From: Candidatus Harrisonbacteria bacterium
GTDB taxonomy: Bacteria > Patescibacteriota > Minisyncoccia > UBA6257 > 1-14-0-10-44-23
DNA: 64,000 nt
NCBI GenBank assembly: GCA_023255625.1
Contig: JAHFLF010000003.1
Location: 2,105-66,104 of the forward strand
Direction: 5' to 3'
The notes under the pieces were generated by a model. The model made no database searches. It was not told where the DNA came from and saw only the letters and a program-made list of their open reading frames with translations. Positions within the stretch are counted from its first letter, which is position 1. Each line of letters begins with the position of its first letter. This document shows, one piece after another, positions 60,656 to 64,000 of this stretch. A program made the position numbers and the translations under genes.

Positions 60656-61723
60656 CTATAAAGTAAATTCCTGTTCGCCCTCCGTAGCTGTCTCCGTTGC
60701 CGAGCCATTGGCAACTAGGCCGTCTGGGGCAGGCTCGCCTACAACGGCCACAGGATCAGAATGACGCGGGGAGGAATCCGGAATTGCTTTAAATTCTTCA
60801 TTCTTAATTCTTAATTCTTCATTCGCCGCATCCTGCACTATCTGATTTTCTTCCTGACTAACTGTCGTCTGACTAACCGACGACTGACCCATCGTCATCT
60901 TCTGCAAAAGCGCATACAACTCCTCCGGCGTTGAAAAGGCAATTGTAATTTTTCCGATCGCTCCATTTCTTTCAACCTGGACCGTTGAGCCGAGATGCTC
61001 TTCAAGCTGCGTTTTAATACTCATCGCCTCCGCATCCACCGTGCCCACTTGTGCTACTTGCCCACTTGTAACTGGCGCCTGTGGCGCCTTTATATACGCA
61101 ATCTTATTGCGAATCTCGCGCACCGAAAGTCCGCGCAAAATAATATCATCAAAAAGTTGCTGCTGTTGCTTCACATCATCCAGCGATAAAATCAGACGCG
61201 CCTGACTTTCGTTAATTTTTCCGGCCGAAACCGCGTCTTGAATTCCCGTCGGCAAATTTAAGAGCCGCATTGTATTTGCAACAACCTCACGGCTCTTGCC
61301 AATGCGCTGCGCGATCTCCCGCTGTGTCAGCCGAAATTCTTCTTGAAGACGGGCGTACGCGCGCGCCGCTTCGATTGGATTTAAGTCTGCCCGTTGCACA
61401 TTTTCAACAATGGCCAGCTCCAGCTTCTCTTTATCCAGCCCGACATTTTTAATGACCGCCGGTACGCGTTCCAGACCAACCAATTGCGCGGCTCGAAAAC
61501 GCCGTTCACCGGCAACAAGCTGGTAACGAACTATTGTACCGGTTTCTGTAACCTCTTCAATCTTGGTAACGACAAGCGGCTGTAAAATACCGTAATCGCG
61601 AATTGAATTAGCCAGCTCGCCTAGTTGCTCATCATTAAAAACCCGCCTTGGCTGATACGGGTTTGGCTCAATTTTATTAACCTCAATTAAAAAAACATGT
61701 TCTTGAATCTGGGGCTGTTGCAT
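60656..61723 (-). CDS. parB: ParB/Spo0J partition protein
   Basis: PNPYQPR, GILQPL, LVAGERRFRA, ENVQRADLNPIE. Confidence 0.95.
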   Translation of the reverse strand: MQQPQIQEHVFLIEVNKIEPNPYQPRRVFNDEQLGELANSIRDYGILQPLVVTKIEEVTETGTIVRYQLVAGERRFRAAQLVGLERVPAVIKNVGLDKEKLELAIVENVQRADLNPIEAARAYARLQEEFRLTQREIAQRIGKSREVVANTMRLLNLPTGIQDAVSAGKINESQARLILSLDDVKQQQQLFDDIILRGLSVREIRNKIAYIKAPQAPVTSGQVAQVGTVDAEAMSIKTQLEEHLGSTVQVERNGAIGKITIAFSTPEELYALLQKMTMGQSSVSQTTVSQEENQIVQDAANEELRIKNEEFKAIPDSSPRHSDPVAVVGEPAPDGLVANGSATETATEGEQEFTL

Positions 61724-61856
61724 AGCTTTTTAGCTGGTCAGCTGTTTAGCTTCTTAGCTTTAAAATGACTCGCCGGAAAAGCTGACTAGCTGATAAGCTA
61801 AGGAGCTGTCCACGCCTCTTTATTTTACAACATTATTCTGTTATATTCAAAGCCAA

Positions 61857-61940
61857 GCCCGGGTGGCGGAACTGGCAGACGCGATGGATTCAAGACCCAT
61901 TGGCCGAAAGGCCTTGAGAGTTCAACTCTCTCCCCGGGCA
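61857..61940 (+). tRNA. tRNA-Leu(CAA), CCA not encoded
   Basis: GCCCGGGTGGCGGAACTGGCAGACGCGATGGATTCAAGACCCATTGGCCGAAAGGCCTTGAGAGTTCAACTCTCTCCCCGGGCA. Confidence 0.92.
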
Positions 61941-61943
61941 CAC

Positions 61944-62624
61944 ATGGCCAAACCAAAATTGCCTGATATAGATTTTCCATGGACGCCTAATCTAGCTTAT
62001 GCAGTTGGTCTCTTAACAACTGATGGCAATCTTTCTCCGGATGGTAGACATATCAACTTTACCTCGAAAGATGAAGAGCTAGTTCTCTCCGTCAAGTCCT
62101 GCCTGAATCTAAAAAATCGAATCGGTAAAAAAGGAAATGGCTCTTATCTTAACGAGAAAAAATACTTCGTCTTACAATTTGGGAATATACAATTGTATCG
62201 CTGGTTGGTGAGGATTGGATTGACTCCGCGAAAAAGTAGGACGATCGGTGCGCTGGAAATTCCCAACGAGTTTTTCAGAGATTTTCTCCGAGGTCACCTA
62301 GACGGTGACGGCGGGATAACTACATGTACTGACTACTATAACGCATCAATAAAACCAGAATATGTATACATCCGCCTTTGCGCTCGTTTCATTTCGGCGA
62401 GTGAAAAACATATGCGATGGATGAAAGAAAAAATAGAAGAGACTCTTCAAATTTTTGGAAGTCTGCATAAAGCAAAGGCTCGTAGTGAGGTACACGCCAA
62501 TATGTGGATACTCAAATTCGGCAAAAAAGAAAGCATCAAACTCCTTAGTAAGCTTTACTATGACAAAAATCTTCCCTCACTCTCGCGCAAACGGCTGATT
62601 GCCGAAAAATTCATTTCGTTATAA
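61944..62624 (+). CDS. Free-standing double-motif LAGLIDADG endonuclease-like protein
   Basis: LAYAVGLLTTDG and FLRGHLDGDG; ATG 3 nt after the tRNA. Confidence 0.88.
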   Translation: MAKPKLPDIDFPWTPNLAYAVGLLTTDGNLSPDGRHINFTSKDEELVLSVKSCLNLKNRIGKKGNGSYLNEKKYFVLQFGNIQLYRWLVRIGLTPRKSRTIGALEIPNEFFRDFLRGHLDGDGGITTCTDYYNASIKPEYVYIRLCARFISASEKHMRWMKEKIEETLQIFGSLHKAKARSEVHANMWILKFGKKESIKLLSKLYYDKNLPSLSRKRLIAEKFISL

Positions 62625-62695
62625 ACTGAAAGTATTGGCTAAAAAAAGAGAATTTTAACCATAAAGTTGATTATAAATTTTTTGAATAATATTTT

Positions 62696-63169
62696 ATGGG
62701 TATAGAGAAATATCAGCCTTCGGAAAGTGAAGCGAAGAACGCTGAACGCTCAATGACCGAAGAGGACAGAGCACGAACACAAATGAGAGAAAATTATCTC
62801 AACTTTTTGCGGGCAAGAGGAGAACATCTGGGATTTACAATTGATACAGAGCGTATAACTTGGAATGGTCTCGAAGGGTGCATCGAGGGCTCTATTAAGG
62901 GCCACAAAGTTGAATTTTATTTGAAAAACCCTGAAGGTGGAAGACCGGACGATCCGGATATTTTTGTTTCTATAGACGGCGCCAATATCGATGACAAGAA
63001 AATAAAATATGATTTATATCAAAAGTATGGTGCGTCGTTAATTCGTGATATAAAATTTATTTCAAGTATCGAAGACCCTGACTCGGTTAAAGGAGGAGAA
63101 CAGATCCGCGACCGGATCGATGAAAACTGGAAAAAAGCGATGGATGTGGCCCAAGAGCTTCTGAAGTAG
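62696..63169 (+). CDS. Hypothetical protein
   Basis: 157-aa AT-rich ORF. Confidence 0.65.
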   Translation: MGIEKYQPSESEAKNAERSMTEEDRARTQMRENYLNFLRARGEHLGFTIDTERITWNGLEGCIEGSIKGHKVEFYLKNPEGGRPDDPDIFVSIDGANIDDKKIKYDLYQKYGASLIRDIKFISSIEDPDSVKGGEQIRDRIDENWKKAMDVAQELLK

Positions 63170-63341
63170 ATATTCGCATCGTGATTTTTTTGGTTTGCCG
63201 TCAAAGAAAACCTGTCATACCTTCGGCAGATCTCCCGAAGGGAAAGAAATTGTTAAAGACCGGTGCGCCTTTCGCTTGCGCCGCTCCGGGCTAAGCCGCG
63301 AACCAAGTTCGGACTATTTCAAGAATGGAGCACACAGTTAC

Positions 63342-64000
63342 ATGAAAAATCCTTTACTGTATCTTTTCTCAAAAATGTGGGGTTACTCTAAAGGCAACCG
63401 CCGGAATGTGTTGTTTTATATTTTCCTGTGTATTTCAGCAAATTTACTTTTAGCCCTTGAACCTTTAATAATAGGGCTTTTTTTAAACACTCTCCAAATT
63501 GGAGGCGTTCATCAAGAGACTTTATCTCGCCTATTTTTTATTTTAATGCTTTTACCACTCCTTGAACTTGGCTTTTGGTCTATGCACGGACCAGCGCGAG
63601 TTATTGAAAATAAAAACGCCTTCTTTGTAAGGAAAAACTATAAGAATTATCTTTTGCGCGGTACTATGGCACTACCGATGGAGTGGCATACAGATCATCA
63701 CTCCGGCGATACGATAGACAAAATTGAAAAAGGAACAACGGCTTTATTCAATTTCTCGGAGCGAACTTTTGAAGTTATCCAAGGGATGATCAGCTTACTT
63801 ACTGCTTTTGTTGTTATGTTTTTCTTTGACCCGCTCGCAGCTGGAGCCGCTTTAGTCATTAGTATCTTTACTTTTTATGTTCTCACCTTGTTTGATAGAA
63901 GACTTATCCCGGGCTATAAGTCCGTCAATAAAATGGAAAATACAATCTCTGCGAAAATTTTTGACGCTTTAAGCAATGTAACAACAGTTATTATTTTGCG
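63342..64000 (+). CDS. ABC exporter, N-terminal TM domain (runs off window end)
   Basis: Open frame MKNPLLYLFSKMW...LPMEWHTDHHSGDTIDKI...IFDALSNVTTV. Confidence 0.85.
   Translation, partial: MKNPLLYLFSKMWGYSKGNRRNVLFYIFLCISANLLLALEPLIIGLFLNTLQIGGVHQETLSRLFFILMLLPLLELGFWSMHGPARVIENKNAFFVRKNYKNYLLRGTMALPMEWHTDHHSGDTIDKIEKGTTALFNFSERTFEVIQGMISLLTAFVVMFFFDPLAAGAALVISIFTFYVLTLFDRRLIPGYKSVNKMENTISAKIFDALSNVTTVIIL

Noticed and set aside
61863-61943. N-terminal extension of the LAGLIDADG ORF
   Set aside because: It reads through the tRNA-Leu gene; ATG 61944 is the better start.

Overview
This 64-kb window looks like a Patescibacteria/CPR (Parcubacteria-like) chromosome segment; the assignment is inferred from gene content, unlinked intron-rich rRNA and many palindromic inserts. 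Core genes include ychF, gltX, murG, ftsW, metG, glyQS, recO, livKHMGF, rplS, purB, folD, glyA, dprA, topA and parB, plus four ordinary tRNAs. A stand-alone 23S-5S unit lies on the minus strand, with no 16S in the window. The 23S gene spans about 5.3 kb, with three ORF-less group I introns (one in the sarcin-ricin loop) and four helix insertions. The main finding is that two different introns carry, in the same P6 position, a cassette closed by an identical 20-bp stem and filled with RNA cargo instead of a homing endonuclease. One cassette holds a tRNA-Phe-like gene plus an anticodon-less, Gly-acceptor tRNA-like RNA, both ending in CCA; the other holds a ~230-nt unknown structured RNA. Other findings are a candidate folate-salvage operon with a leader-peptide attenuator, tRNA-abutting LAGLIDADG genes, widespread leaderless starts contrasting with GC-rich Shine-Dalgarno-led solo genes, and several dispersed structured repeats. 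All calls were made by eye; E. coli rRNA numbering is approximate.
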